Virus record (IMG/VR): IMGVR_UViG_3300021197_001752
Span: 64,001 to 128,000 of that record
Origin: a virus
Strand: one strand, 5' to 3'
DNA: 64,000 nucleotides
Shown: piece by piece, positions 1 through 10,296 of the stretch
How the letters are laid out: the number at the start of each line of letters is the position of its first letter
How positions within the stretch are numbered: the stretch's first letter is position 1
Program-made: the position numbers and the translations under genes
The notes under the pieces: generated by a model
What the model saw: only the letters and a program-made list of their open reading frames with translations
The model's database searches: none
What the model was told of the DNA's origin: nothing

Positions 1-307
1 GATCGGATTCAATACCTGCTGTGACACCAATATTCTTGGTTGCATACTTTTTAAACTCAGGTGGTATTGTAACTTGAATAGACAAATCGAATGGACCGTT
101 GAACTGCTGCTTTTTCTTGGCTAAGAAGTCATAATATTTTCTTCTATGGTCGAAGTCAGTAATCCATGGAGTATTACCCCAGTTGATAGGCTCAAGATAT
201 AAATCAAATAGTTCTGGCCTAGTAGACAATGCATCCACTATCATTCTAGCATGTTCGCCATAACCACTTCTCGTCAGTACTGGTGCTCTAACAAATACTT
301 TTTTCAC
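1..307 (-). CDS. Glycosyltransferase, N-terminal part (runs off window)
   Basis: Hand translation from GTG at 307, overlapping the upstream stop (GTGA): MKKVFVRAPVLTRSGYGEHARMIVDAL...SIQVTIP...NIGVTAGIESD, a GT-B N-terminus with SGYG motif. Confidence 0.75.
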   Translation of the reverse strand, partial: MKKVFVRAPVLTRSGYGEHARMIVDALSTRPELFDLYLEPINWGNTPWITDFDHRRKYYDFLAKKKQQFNGPFDLSIQVTIPPEFKKYATKNIGVTAGIESD

Positions 308-1560
308 AGGTCTATAACCTCCCAGGCTTTATATCCTTTTCTTGTGTCCCACGAACCATGCCTTTCATGTACATCCAACAAAAGGTCAACCCATCGTTTT
401 TGGAACTTATCAAATCCATAATTATTTTTCACATGTGCTGCACCCTTTTTACCCATCTCATGGCGCTCTTCAGGGGTCATATTATACATTTTCTCAAGTG
501 CATCTACAAAATCATCTTTACTTACTCTATCCTCATAGATCCAAGGAACTTGAGGTGATCCAATAACAGCTTTGGACGCTGGTTCAATACCGACGCCGAA
601 CCACTCCTTACCATCTGTAACTTGCTCTTGTAAGCCGCCTGTCATGTTGACTATGATAGGTGTCTCACAGGACAAAGCCTCTAGTGTCCCCAAGCCGAAA
701 CCCTCAGCATCAGATATATTGACTACAACATCTGACATATTATAAATGGTTGACAAATGCTCGGATGCAACCTTTTGTGTCGAAAACATAACCTGACCTT
801 GATCAAGACCAAGGTGACCTGCTAGTACATCTAGTGGCTGACCATGTTGATCTCTTAGGTCTGTGTGCATTACTAGCACTGCTTTATCGTGCCCGATACG
901 ATCACAGAAGTCTTTCCACCAAAACAATAGCGTCCCGCTCTGCTTTCTTCTAGCATTTCTATTAACCCAGCCCACTATAAACTTATCTTTAGCCTTTGGG
1001 TTGTTGCCTTTCACTGTCTGAATTTGTTCTTCTGTCAGTCTCTTAAAAATATTCTCATCTACAGCATGTGGGATATAATGCTCCTCAACATCTGGTGCTA
1101 CATTTTGGACGATATCACTGGTTACTTTTGAGATAGAAGCTATTACATCTGTAGATTCATACCACCTCTTATTGAAGGTTGGATATGGTTTATTATCCCA
1201 AACATGGTAATATACCATAGGTACCAATGGGCGGACCTCATCTTCCATTTCCCATAACCAGCCATAAAAGCGTGGATCTGTCATGAAATAAATCATATCG
1301 ATTTTTTCGTTATGTAGAATACTTCTAATATAATCAGGAGTACCATAACCATCTACTGGGATGATAACCCAATCATCGCCATATTTATCTGTTTTAGTAG
1401 GTTCATAATTATTATGCTTTACGGCACCGCCGAGGGATAATACTTGAAACTTGCCAGAGTCCAGTAATCCCTCAATGACATATTTCGTCTGTGTACCTAC
1501 TCCTGATGGTAAAAGCGGATGATCGCTTAAAGTCAGTATTTTAATTTTCTTATCTGCCAA
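304..1560 (-). CDS. Glycosyltransferase family 4 (GT-B)
   Basis: SGVG N-terminal motif, RNARRK, SDAEGFGLGTLEALSC (EX7E motif). Confidence 0.9.
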   Translation of the reverse strand: MADKKIKILTLSDHPLLPSGVGTQTKYVIEGLLDSGKFQVLSLGGAVKHNNYEPTKTDKYGDDWVIIPVDGYGTPDYIRSILHNEKIDMIYFMTDPRFYGWLWEMEDEVRPLVPMVYYHVWDNKPYPTFNKRWYESTDVIASISKVTSDIVQNVAPDVEEHYIPHAVDENIFKRLTEEQIQTVKGNNPKAKDKFIVGWVNRNARRKQSGTLLFWWKDFCDRIGHDKAVLVMHTDLRDQHGQPLDVLAGHLGLDQGQVMFSTQKVASEHLSTIYNMSDVVVNISDAEGFGLGTLEALSCETPIIVNMTGGLQEQVTDGKEWFGVGIEPASKAVIGSPQVPWIYEDRVSKDDFVDALEKMYNMTPEERHEMGKKGAAHVKNNYGFDKFQKRWVDLLLDVHERHGSWDTRKGYKAWEVIDL

Positions 1561-1573
1561 GTTTTATTCCCTC

Positions 1574-2404
1574 CTATGGACAATACTCTGTATTGTGAAA
1601 CGTGCAGCTTCCAAACCTTTTTTGACAGTTTGTGCAATTCAGTTTATTTTTGATATAGTTCCCTTTGTCTATATTATAGATTGCTTTTTTCAAAGTGTTA
1701 AGGGCATTTTCTATTCTTTTAGGCCCAGTGGTAACTCTAACAAATTCCACCTTTTTGCCAGCCTTAGCAGTTCTCTTGAGCAATACAAAGTATGTTTCCA
1801 CATCTTTCATATCTACCTCATATTTCTGTGAATAAAAATACTTGTAAAATGCTAGCTGGTATGCAAGTGTGGAGTCTGATTTCTTCTTACTGTTCCAACC
1901 CCATGAAGTTGTCTTCCAGTCAATCAGATATATTTTTTCATCGTGCTTGTTATATACTACCAGATCAATAAAGCCTTTAAACTTCTTCTTGGTATCAAAA
2001 TAGTTTACATCTTCGTATAGTTTCTCTTCGGCTGCCAGGACTTCCCAACCTACACCATAGTCTCCAAACCTTTCAGTCAGGGCAGAGTATACTTCTTTTA
2101 CAATCTCTGTGCCCTGTTCTAACCAGGCTTTGATATCAAAATCCGTTAGGATGCGTCTCTTTTCTACTTCTGGTAAACTTTTTATCTCTTTCTTGAGGAT
2201 TGATTGAAAGTTTGCAATCATCTCATCGATGTTACCTACCTTCTTCTTTGTAATATCCACTTCGATTGTTTCATGAAGTGCTTTACCAAAGGCTGTATAT
2301 ATGTTGCCCTCAAAGCCCTTAAGCTTATCAATGTGTACTAACTTATGATAGTAAGGACAGATGGACCAGTCCTTCCACTCCGAATAAGAAATATGTTTTT
2401 TCAA
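1574..2404 (-). CDS. PD-(D/E)XK Cas4/RecB-like exonuclease
   Basis: ISYS..CP, FGKALHE, GFIDLV...IDWKT, QLAFY, C-terminal CxxC-x6-C...CP cysteines. Confidence 0.85.
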   Translation of the reverse strand: MKKHISYSEWKDWSICPYYHKLVHIDKLKGFEGNIYTAFGKALHETIEVDITKKKVGNIDEMIANFQSILKKEIKSLPEVEKRRILTDFDIKAWLEQGTEIVKEVYSALTERFGDYGVGWEVLAAEEKLYEDVNYFDTKKKFKGFIDLVVYNKHDEKIYLIDWKTTSWGWNSKKKSDSTLAYQLAFYKYFYSQKYEVDMKDVETYFVLLKRTAKAGKKVEFVRVTTGPKRIENALNTLKKAIYNIDKGNYIKNKLNCTNCQKRFGSCTFHNTEYCP

Positions 2405-3097
2405 TTATCTGCTTTCTTTTCTTGCTTCTAGATCAAGTTCTTCTAGTCTCTTATATAACACAGGACAGTCACGATGTAAAGTTTTATGATTGCCAAGATA
2501 ATATTGTTCAAAGCCAACTGCGAAGTATTCACGTAGTGACATTGCTTGATATGGTCTGATAAACATACCAGCAGTCATCATTTTAATCTTTTCTTTACCA
2601 ATCCTTTTATATAGAAATGTGTCAAACTCTGGATCATAAGCCACATCCTTGAAATCAAATTGTGTGTAATCATACCCATCGGCGGCGACTTCAAAACGTA
2701 GCTCCATTCGCTTCAGGTGAAATTCATCTCTGATTGCGTTATCGCCATATATAAAATCGTCATACAGAAATTCAGCATGGTGACCTATCTCGTGGATCAA
2801 ATCATCTAGCATGTCGGCATTGCTATCTTGTCGCTGTGCACTAACATATAAGATGTGATCATCTGACGAATACTTTGCGCTAATGTTTCTTTCCTCGAAC
2901 TCTTCTAGATCCAATACCTTGATACCATTAAGCTTCTTAAAATATGCACTTGGCACGGAGCCTTTGAGGGTGATTAGTACTTTAGATAGATTTATATCCT
3001 CTGGCATGTCTGAGGTGATTTCAATACCTACTTGGTTAATAGACATGTTTTCTCTGATAACGTTAGACGTTTTACGAATGTAACTTTCTGCGCTCAT
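2405..3097 (-). CDS. Putative zincin metallopeptidase
   Basis: HEIGH (HExxH) plus downstream REYFAVGFE. Confidence 0.55.
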   Translation of the reverse strand: MSAESYIRKTSNVIRENMSINQVGIEITSDMPEDINLSKVLITLKGSVPSAYFKKLNGIKVLDLEEFEERNISAKYSSDDHILYVSAQRQDSNADMLDDLIHEIGHHAEFLYDDFIYGDNAIRDEFHLKRMELRFEVAADGYDYTQFDFKDVAYDPEFDTFLYKRIGKEKIKMMTAGMFIRPYQAMSLREYFAVGFEQYYLGNHKTLHRDCPVLYKRLEELDLEARKESR

Positions 3098-4398
3098 TAT
3101 AGTATTTCCGCTGCTATACCTGCTAGCCTGCTTCTTTCTCCTTTTTTCAAAGTAACGTGTCCTGCAATATTATAGTCCTTAAACTTCTCTACTGCGTGTG
3201 TCAGACCGTTGGATACTGAATCAACATAGGAATTATCTATTTGCTCTACATCTCCCGTCAACACCAATTTAGTACCATCTCCAACTCTTGTTATTATAGT
3301 CTTTAATTCATGAGATGTTAAATTTTGTGCTTCATCTACTATTATAAAGGCGTTGGCAATAGATCGACCACGGATGTATGTCATTGCTTCAATTTCTACT
3401 GTTCCTTGTTCCATCTGTTCTTCTAGAGCCATGCGATTACCAAATAAGTATTCTAGATTATCTTTCAGTGGGGCAATCCATGGCATCATCTTTTCTTCCA
3501 ACGTTCCTGGGAGAAAACCAATATCTCTTCCCATAGGCTGTACAGGCCTAGTAACGATCAATCGGTCATAACCACCATTAGCTGCTGTGCTGTTGAGAAC
3601 TTGTTCTAGCCCACACGCTGCTGCTATAAGAGTTTTACCTGTACCCGCTTTTCCCGTCAATGATATTATATCAATGTTTCTGTCAAAAAGCAAGTCCATT
3701 GCAAACTTTTGTTCAGTATTTCTTGGTGACATTCCCCAAATCCTTTTATAGGTATTGATTTTTTGTAAGGGGGTGTGCTCATCCATATATCTTGTTATCG
3801 CAGATTTACTTTCGTCGTCATGCGCTTTGAGAGTAACAAACTGATTGGGATATAATTTATATCCTTCTGGTGCCTCTACTTCACCCTGTTGATAAAACTT
3901 ATCAATAGTTTCTGGTGGTACTTCTATTGTCACCTTGCCGTTATATAATCTATCAACTGATTCCACCACTTGAGCAGGCTGGTAATCATATGCCGCTACT
4001 CCGAATGCATCACACTTAACACGCATGTTGACATCACGAGATACTACCGCTACCTCACGACCTTCCATCTTGAGCCTAAGAGCAGTACAAATTATTTTAT
4101 TATCTGAGTCATCAGGGTTCATACCAACTGGCATATACCTTGGGTCATATTGCGCAGCGAACACTTTACCTAAGTTCTCAGATATTTCCACTCCTACAAA
4201 TAAGCTGCCCTTAGCTCTGAGTGAATCTAAGATTCTGTTCATAGTTCTAGCATTTAGACCTGCATTATCTTGCCTATGCTTATGCTTATCTATTTCATCT
4301 AAGACTATGGTTGGGATTGCAATGTTGTGTTTGCCAAATGAATATAGGGCTTTCACATCGGTGAGATACACGTTGGTATCGATAACTATAGTTTTCAT
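3097..4398 (-). CDS. phoH: PhoH-family ATPase with N-terminal PIN domain (PhoH2-like)
   Basis: PIN motifs IDTNV, DNKII, SRDVNMRVK; Walker A GKAGTGKT; GFLPG, YIRGRS, DEAQN, GDVEQID. Confidence 0.95.
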   Translation of the reverse strand: MKTIVIDTNVYLTDVKALYSFGKHNIAIPTIVLDEIDKHKHRQDNAGLNARTMNRILDSLRAKGSLFVGVEISENLGKVFAAQYDPRYMPVGMNPDDSDNKIICTALRLKMEGREVAVVSRDVNMRVKCDAFGVAAYDYQPAQVVESVDRLYNGKVTIEVPPETIDKFYQQGEVEAPEGYKLYPNQFVTLKAHDDESKSAITRYMDEHTPLQKINTYKRIWGMSPRNTEQKFAMDLLFDRNIDIISLTGKAGTGKTLIAAACGLEQVLNSTAANGGYDRLIVTRPVQPMGRDIGFLPGTLEEKMMPWIAPLKDNLEYLFGNRMALEEQMEQGTVEIEAMTYIRGRSIANAFIIVDEAQNLTSHELKTIITRVGDGTKLVLTGDVEQIDNSYVDSVSNGLTHAVEKFKDYNIAGHVTLKKGERSRLAGIAAEIL

Positions 4399-4416
4399 AT
4401 AAACCTCTTCTCGTTA

Positions 4417-4424
4417 TAAGTAGT
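4417..4424 (-). promoter_or_regulatory. Putative late-promoter motif ACTACTTA upstream of phoH
   Basis: Member of the recurring intergenic CTAYTTA motif. Confidence 0.5.
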
Positions 4425-4435
4425 AATACAAAGAC

Positions 4436-4455
4436 AAAAGCCGCCCGAAGGCGGC
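4436..4455 (-). terminator. Intrinsic terminator after tmRNA
   Basis: GCCGCC-TTCG-GGCGGC stem-loop followed by TTTT. Confidence 0.85.
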
Positions 4456-4780
4456 TGGTGGAGGTAGGGGGAATCGAACCCCCGTCTTGTCTAGTTCCAC
4501 AGAAAGGTCATTCACAAGGTTAGGTCTGTTTTTATCGTCAGACAGCCCACTTGACTAGATCATTTTATTATGGCTAAGATGATCAAAAGCACTTATAGGA
4601 CAAAAATACGGCTTTCTGTTTCTTGGCTGCCGTCGCCTCAAGTTAAGTCAGGTTATTAAGCTGCTAATGCTAGTTGAAAATCGTCGTTTGCGATTAAAAG
4701 TTTAAGCGTTTTTAGTGAGCCACGCTTCCCTCACCCTTGCACCTTTTCTACTTCCCCATCAGTCGATACCGTTTACCCCC
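4456..4780 (-). ncRNA. ssrA: tmRNA; tag peptide ANDDFQLALAA encoded at 4691..4656
   Basis: 5' GGGGGTAAACGGTATCGAC, 3' GACGGGGGTTCGATTCCCCCTACCTCCACCA (Ala-type acceptor with G3:U, T-arm, CCA); internal ORF GCA AAC GAC GAT TTT CAA CTA GCA TTA GCA GCT TAA TAA. Confidence 0.95.
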
Positions 4781-4791
4781 ATCACATTAAT

Positions 4792-4820
4792 AGTATATAC
4801 TTAAATTTAAGTTTTGTAAA
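4792..4820 (-). promoter_or_regulatory. Sigma70-type promoter for ssrA
   Basis: TTTACA-N17-TATACT ending 11 bp upstream of the tmRNA 5' end. Confidence 0.65.
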
Positions 4821-4897
4821 GGCAATAAGCTTTTTTTATAAGTTTAAAGGCTAAGTAGGCTCATTATACCTGAGGCTGAAGAAGTGTTAAATTTATT

Positions 4898-5701
4898 TTA
4901 CGCTGGAGGTGGTTCTTCCTCTGGCTCTTCATCTTCTATCTCTTCGCCTTCGGAGTCATCGGCTGGGCTTGTTTCAGAATCTGCATCAGCTTTTTCTTTT
5001 TCGTATTCATCAGTTGTCTCTTCACCTGGGTCAACTGCTAGTGAATCTTCAAACTTGTCAAAATACAACATGAGGTTAGTCAGCAAGTACTCTCTGAAAA
5101 CTGATTTATCTTCAGCATCAGCTAGCATTTCATAGTGATCAACAATCTGCGTTTCAATTCTTTCAAAAGTTTTCTGTGCAAAGTTTCTTCCCGTAGCATC
5201 TTCGCCTGAGATTCCGAAATCATCCAGCACGTCTTCTTCAGCAGGCTCGATATCAATAAAGTCACCAGTAATCTGCTCACTTTCTTCATCGCTATCATCA
5301 CCATCAATTGACACTTGAACTTTTTCAAGAAGCTGTGTGAGGTCATATTCTATATTTTCATTTGCTGCTTCTTTGCTAGCATCAACAGGTACTAGGCTAT
5401 TTTTAGCGGCCGCTATAATATGGTTCCGAAAAGAGTTTCTTTGCTCAGTACTTGTTGTGAGCATCATATAAGAATCCTCTAAAATAGGAACAATCCTCTT
5501 CAGCAAATCAGCCAGTACATTGATACCAGTAGATCTAGTAGAGGTTTCATCTGTTTCTATTTCAGATAACAATTTCTGAACTATAGAACGGAATTTGTTC
5601 TCTTGCTCAGTTAGTCTATTTCTTTTTTCAATGAGTTTCTTACGAATATGCTTGCGTAATACTTGCTCACCAATTAATTTATTTCTGTCAACATAAGTCA
5701 T
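4898..5701 (-). CDS. Acidic hypothetical protein (possible virion/head protein)
   Basis: Long ORF; start moved to ATG 5701 (GGAG upstream) to avoid overlap. Confidence 0.7.
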   Translation of the reverse strand: MTYVDRNKLIGEQVLRKHIRKKLIEKRNRLTEQENKFRSIVQKLLSEIETDETSTRSTGINVLADLLKRIVPILEDSYMMLTTSTEQRNSFRNHIIAAAKNSLVPVDASKEAANENIEYDLTQLLEKVQVSIDGDDSDEESEQITGDFIDIEPAEEDVLDDFGISGEDATGRNFAQKTFERIETQIVDHYEMLADAEDKSVFREYLLTNLMLYFDKFEDSLAVDPGEETTDEYEKEKADADSETSPADDSEGEEIEDEEPEEEPPPA

Positions 5702-5708
5702 ACTATAA

Positions 5709-7724
5709 CTATCTCCGTTTTGATTTAGTTGTCTTTTTCTTCTTTTTTCTTTTAGAATCTTTACTGCTAGTATATATGCCCAAAGGAGCCCCATATCCAC
5801 CAACAGCATGTGCGCCTGCCATTTCATCGATAACATCATCGATCATTTGCAACTCGTTTACACCAGTAGCTATGGTCCAAGCTTGATCTGCCAGATCATC
5901 ATTCTTACGGATAAAATCTGGTAAGTGTTTTTTGAATTCTTTTTCATTATTAGCTAATACTAACTCCCGCATCTGAGTGCCTGATACGCCGCTTGCATAC
6001 ATCTTTGTCTTAACATATTCGACATTAACACCAGGATTTTTCCGCTCTGCAAATGAAGCTAATCTTTCAGCAGCCGACCCACTTTCTTTTTCACCTTGAC
6101 CAAGCACCAAGGAATCGCCAGGCTTGAATTGTTTTTTATCTTCAATCATATCGTATACATATCTGACTGGGGATGCGGGTGGAACAATTAGACTTATCTT
6201 TTTTACACTTTTATCAGGGTCATTCTTTATATATAATTCCCAGATTCTCTTAGATTGATTTACGGTGATTCCATCACGAGTACCAGGTGAAATAAGAACC
6301 CTAACCTCATCGATGTCTTCCATCTCGGCAAATGATCTAGCACCAAGGTAGTGACCAGCATGGGGAGGTTTGAAGGCTCCTGGGACGAATGCTACTCTTT
6401 TACCGTTAGGATCTGCCTCATTAACAGTTTCGATAGCTTCAGTTATAATACTATCAAATCTTCTAAGGATATTTTCTTTTGCAACATTTGTTTTGATCCT
6501 ACCGTACTTCAGTATCCCTAATACTTGGTTGATAGGAGCAAAGTTACCAGTAAACTTATAGAGCATACCATCCACTACAAATACCATGCCCTCAGCACTA
6601 GTAGTCACACGATCTAAACCACCAATTTTCCGAAGCTGGATTCTAACAGCGTCCATCTCTTCTGCCGAAATGGAACCATCGGTAGCCATAGCTTCAAGAT
6701 CAGTCACAGTTTTAGATAAGGTTGATCGTAATCTATCAACTTCTTTTCGGGGATCTAAGACAAAAACACTCTGAACAGTTTTTAATACTTCCACAGCAAA
6801 TTCATGGATAGCTAGTTCAATAGGCTGGATAGCGTTAGCCATCATTTGTTTGACAATGACTGGTTCGGACATTTGACTAACAGTCTCTTTTTGTTCTGGT
6901 GTCAACCCCTTCTTAATTTTAGTTAGATTAGGGAAGCCTTCCAGACGCAGAATACGAGCAACCATCCCAGCCCTTTTTTCTTCTGGCAATTCTTTAACCT
7001 GATCATCTAAGGTAAGGGTTAACCTTTTTTTAAGGTAGTCCTCAACTGTAGCATTACTTTGTAGGCCTATCGATGCAACAGCATTATTAATAGCGGTCTT
7101 GGTATCTGTGGCGGACTTATCGTCCGATAACGCTTTTAGCTTCAGAGTTGCCTTTCTAGCTATTTCAAATTCTTTGCCCTTTGCAGCATCTTGCATTTTC
7201 TTTAGGTTGTTATCTAATACCTGAAGAGAGCCATCACTATTAGCATCATAATTTTGTGGTGCTTTATTATCATCTAAGATCTTGTGACCATCTGAGTGGA
7301 TCTTTAAAATCTTTTTATCATAAAGGATTACATTGGGATTCTCTGGGGACATAACTTCTATGTTGTACCATTTGGTGGCGTCTTGCCCAAAGATTTTAAC
7401 TCTGTCCTCTGGGCTGATTGCTTTGACCGCAGCATCAAAGGTATTGAAGGCTTCATTGTACGTTTTTTCGATAGCACCACGACCTGCGAACTTGGCAGCT
7501 AAGCCAGCAGCATCCATTCCGCCCTGTTTGAGGTTTCCTTTATTTCTGGCAGCCAAAGAGGCTTGTCGTTCTTCAGACCAGGAAATAAATAAATTTTGAC
7601 CATCTACTTTTTCTTCTGCTTGGAGCTTACCACGGCTTGCAGAATCGATGATATCCATCATCTTATCAAAGGTCATGCTTCTGTCATCATAAAGATGATT
7701 TAAGTGTCCGCCTACACCACCCAT
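5709..7724 (-). CDS. Fusion of ligase-like N-terminal domain and HIGH-family (cytidylyltransferase-like) nucleotidyltransferase
   Basis: EKVDGQN (KxDG), EGMVF..YKF; C-terminal PGAFKPPHAGH and SGTQMR. Confidence 0.7.
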   Translation of the reverse strand: MGGVGGHLNHLYDDRSMTFDKMMDIIDSASRGKLQAEEKVDGQNLFISWSEERQASLAARNKGNLKQGGMDAAGLAAKFAGRGAIEKTYNEAFNTFDAAVKAISPEDRVKIFGQDATKWYNIEVMSPENPNVILYDKKILKIHSDGHKILDDNKAPQNYDANSDGSLQVLDNNLKKMQDAAKGKEFEIARKATLKLKALSDDKSATDTKTAINNAVASIGLQSNATVEDYLKKRLTLTLDDQVKELPEEKRAGMVARILRLEGFPNLTKIKKGLTPEQKETVSQMSEPVIVKQMMANAIQPIELAIHEFAVEVLKTVQSVFVLDPRKEVDRLRSTLSKTVTDLEAMATDGSISAEEMDAVRIQLRKIGGLDRVTTSAEGMVFVVDGMLYKFTGNFAPINQVLGILKYGRIKTNVAKENILRRFDSIITEAIETVNEADPNGKRVAFVPGAFKPPHAGHYLGARSFAEMEDIDEVRVLISPGTRDGITVNQSKRIWELYIKNDPDKSVKKISLIVPPASPVRYVYDMIEDKKQFKPGDSLVLGQGEKESGSAAERLASFAERKNPGVNVEYVKTKMYASGVSGTQMRELVLANNEKEFKKHLPDFIRKNDDLADQAWTIATGVNELQMIDDVIDEMAGAHAVGGYGAPLGIYTSSKDSKRKKKKKTTKSKRR

Positions 7725-7981
7725 TACTTATCTCCCGAATCCTCGTTTAAAACCTGAAGCTGCTCTTCTAAGTGGGTAATTTTCTCTTCAAGCTTACGGA
7801 GGTGTGACTTCATCTTCCTAGTCTGCTCCAATGCTAAAGAGATACGATTCTTATCTTTTTTAGAGGAAACCTTGACAGATCTCAAATTATCCTCAATAGC
7901 TTGCAGCGAATAAGAGTAGCCACTAGCACTAAATTCTTCATTTAGCAAGAAACTTTTAGTTATTTTGTTTAATAGGCTCAT
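7724..7981 (-). CDS. Hypothetical coiled-coil protein
   Basis: ORF from ATG 7981, coupled to the next gene. Confidence 0.6.
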   Translation of the reverse strand: MSLLNKITKSFLLNEEFSASGYSYSLQAIEDNLRSVKVSSKKDKNRISLALEQTRKMKSHLRKLEEKITHLEEQLQVLNEDSGDK

Positions 7982-8216
7982 TTTTCTTCCTGCTCCTAGG
8001 TTTGGTATTAGACGTTTTTTTTGGAGTTTTGTTCGTTCTTTTTGGTTTTCTGTTTTCAAGTTCAATCTTAGCGTTTGCAACGGTTTCCTCGTACAAAGCG
8101 CCAGGATTGCCTTCTTCATTCTTAGGAAAAATCTTCTTGCAATAATCAATTACTTCTTGATTGTTATTGATTATTGCCTCTACTAATCTATCCTGCCATT
8201 TTACAAAGCTACCCAT
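7956..8216 (-). CDS. Hypothetical protein with basic C-terminus
   Basis: AGGAG RBS upstream; in operon. Confidence 0.55.
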   Translation of the reverse strand: MGSFVKWQDRLVEAIINNNQEVIDYCKKIFPKNEEGNPGALYEETVANAKIELENRKPKRTNKTPKKTSNTKPRSRKKNEPIKQNN

Positions 8217-8226
8217 ATCATTCTCC

Positions 8227-9297
8227 TTATTTTAGCTTACTAACTCTGTCGATATAGAACGACCACAGTGAGTCATCCTCGATAGTGGAAATCATTTTTA
8301 CAATACCTACTTCATTTGGTCCGAGCTTTAGGTCCTCTACCCCTACTATTTTAGGAGCTTGTTTATTTGTTACCACATTGCCATAGCCATAGTATACCAC
8401 CATATCAGCAAAAGGTCTATAGACTTTTCTACTTTTATTAGTAACATAAAGAGTATATTCTTGACCTTCTCTTAAATTAGTTATTTGTAAGTTGATGCCA
8501 GCGTAGGGGTTTTTACTATTTGGCTTGATGTCAACATGAGCGTTGCTATAACCACCCTGAGTGCTCCATAAGATATTAGAAAATTGCTGCTTGTTTCTCA
8601 CAAGCTCAGATGATACTAGCCTGATGAAACCTCTGCCTGAATATGAAATAGTGATTGTCTTACCAGTTGAACTGAGTTCTATATTCTCGCCGCCAGATAT
8701 CTTCTTATATAAAGCAGTGCGTCCATTGACAGCAGAAAATATCCCTTCGCCTATAGATCCTAGATTAGCAGCAGAATCAATTTGGTTCGCTAAAGAGATC
8801 TGTATATTATCTGGGCCTTCCGACACATTGATACCATCTTTTGCTGTAATGGTTTTTAGCTTCCTGCCGTCATCAGTAGATAAGCTAGTTCCCTTACCAT
8901 TAGATTCTAATATCGTAATACAGTCAGATAGAACCACGACAGCATCATCTAATCTTTTATAGTGTAGGTTTCCGCCCATGTCAAATAGGTAACCATTTTT
9001 AAATGTTCTGCCTGCTGGTATTTCACTAACAGGGGATAGAGAGATACAGCCGTCTACGTGCAGTTTTGAATGCCCATCAGCAAAACCCGTATCGTCACAT
9101 ATCGATATAGATTTTGTAGTCATCCTACTGGTTGCAATTACTGTTTCGCCACAAACCGAATCGGCTGCTAAAGAGGTTGCTTTTACATTCTTTAGTTCAG
9201 CGTCGTTGGCTTCTAAATTACCATTGATCTCCGCATCGCCGTCGTGCGGAAAAGGTGGTGGATAGTTAAATACAATTTGATGTTTCTTTTTAGCCAT
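8227..9297 (-). CDS. Putative tail-fibre-like virion protein
   Basis: Gly/Ser/Thr beta-rich; N-terminal FPHDGDAEINGNLE shared with the 14190..15053 product. Confidence 0.6.
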   Translation of the reverse strand: MAKKKHQIVFNYPPPFPHDGDAEINGNLEANDAELKNVKATSLAADSVCGETVIATSRMTTKSISICDDTGFADGHSKLHVDGCISLSPVSEIPAGRTFKNGYLFDMGGNLHYKRLDDAVVVLSDCITILESNGKGTSLSTDDGRKLKTITAKDGINVSEGPDNIQISLANQIDSAANLGSIGEGIFSAVNGRTALYKKISGGENIELSSTGKTITISYSGRGFIRLVSSELVRNKQQFSNILWSTQGGYSNAHVDIKPNSKNPYAGINLQITNLREGQEYTLYVTNKSRKVYRPFADMVVYYGYGNVVTNKQAPKIVGVEDLKLGPNEVGIVKMISTIEDDSLWSFYIDRVSKLK

Positions 9298-9338
9298 AGT
9301 CGTTATTAAATAGTCTCCATAAAATATGTTGTATGTTT

Positions 9339-10286
9339 TTATACTTCAGCGGTGGATAATAAAGCGTATTTACAAAATAGATATTTCAGTACGCTCCCAA
9401 TCTGCGTTCCATCATGACAGTTGTTGTAAATAATAATTTCAGCAACTTGCGGGCTTGTTATAAATTGTCCATCTGTAACTGGTATTATAGCGAAATCGTC
9501 ACCTTGATCAGTTTCACTAGAAACTAAGTTAGAAGTAAAAGATCCGATATCATTTGATGTTGCCCTATAGAAAGATACATTGTCGTCAATTTTAATAGCA
9601 TAAGCACAAAACTTATCCTTTATGATATTGTTATATGTTGAGCTAGCTGATACAGCCATACTATGAGAATCTACATCACCAAAGTCATTAACATCAGGTG
9701 AGTCTTCCATATCATCAACAGAATATTTCATAACAATATAAAGTGATTTATGCTTTAGGGATTTCAAAGCATCAGGCGGCGAGTTGCATTCAAAATATGC
9801 TCGCTCATCATCAAATTCTATTGTTGAAAATCCGTTCAGTAAATGCTTATTATAATTTGGACTTGCATCTACATCTGGCGCTTTGATATTTTCACATTGA
9901 CCGCTGCTATCAGCCCACGAAACCGTAATCGGAGATTCGTCTGTTACGTCAAAACTAAGATCCTCAGCAATCAAGTGTAATAGTTTCTCGTTTGGCATTG
10001 GTGCAGGACCACCAGTAAATCTTCTTACCTTATTCTCTCTGACTTCTTCAACACCAGAGGGCACAATACCCCCTTCTTGTACTACATAAGCTGTACTTCT
10101 AGGAGGCTGTTTTAAACTTCCTGCCCCGAAGGCTGTGACACGAGTTGGTATAGGCCCACATACACCTTCATCAAATTCTTCTCTAATATCTTGTATTCTG
10201 GTTATTACTCCGCTGCCATTCATCATCCCGATAGCTCTGGGCAGGCTACCACTAGCTATCAGACTATTGATTAAATCAGTTGACAT
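9339..10286 (-). CDS. Hypothetical virion protein (lectin-like beta-sandwich features)
   Basis: WADSSG...LNGFSTIEFD...AEIIIYN...KY pattern. Confidence 0.45.
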   Translation of the reverse strand: MSTDLINSLIASGSLPRAIGMMNGSGVITRIQDIREEFDEGVCGPIPTRVTAFGAGSLKQPPRSTAYVVQEGGIVPSGVEEVRENKVRRFTGGPAPMPNEKLLHLIAEDLSFDVTDESPITVSWADSSGQCENIKAPDVDASPNYNKHLLNGFSTIEFDDERAYFECNSPPDALKSLKHKSLYIVMKYSVDDMEDSPDVNDFGDVDSHSMAVSASSTYNNIIKDKFCAYAIKIDDNVSFYRATSNDIGSFTSNLVSSETDQGDDFAIIPVTDGQFITSPQVAEIIIYNNCHDGTQIGSVLKYLFCKYALLSTAEV

Positions 10287-10296
10287 TGCGATCCCC

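Noticed and set aside
1574-2404. Cas4-like gene as sign of a CRISPR-Cas system
   Set aside because: No repeat-spacer array or other cas genes seen; solo Cas4-like nucleases are common in phages
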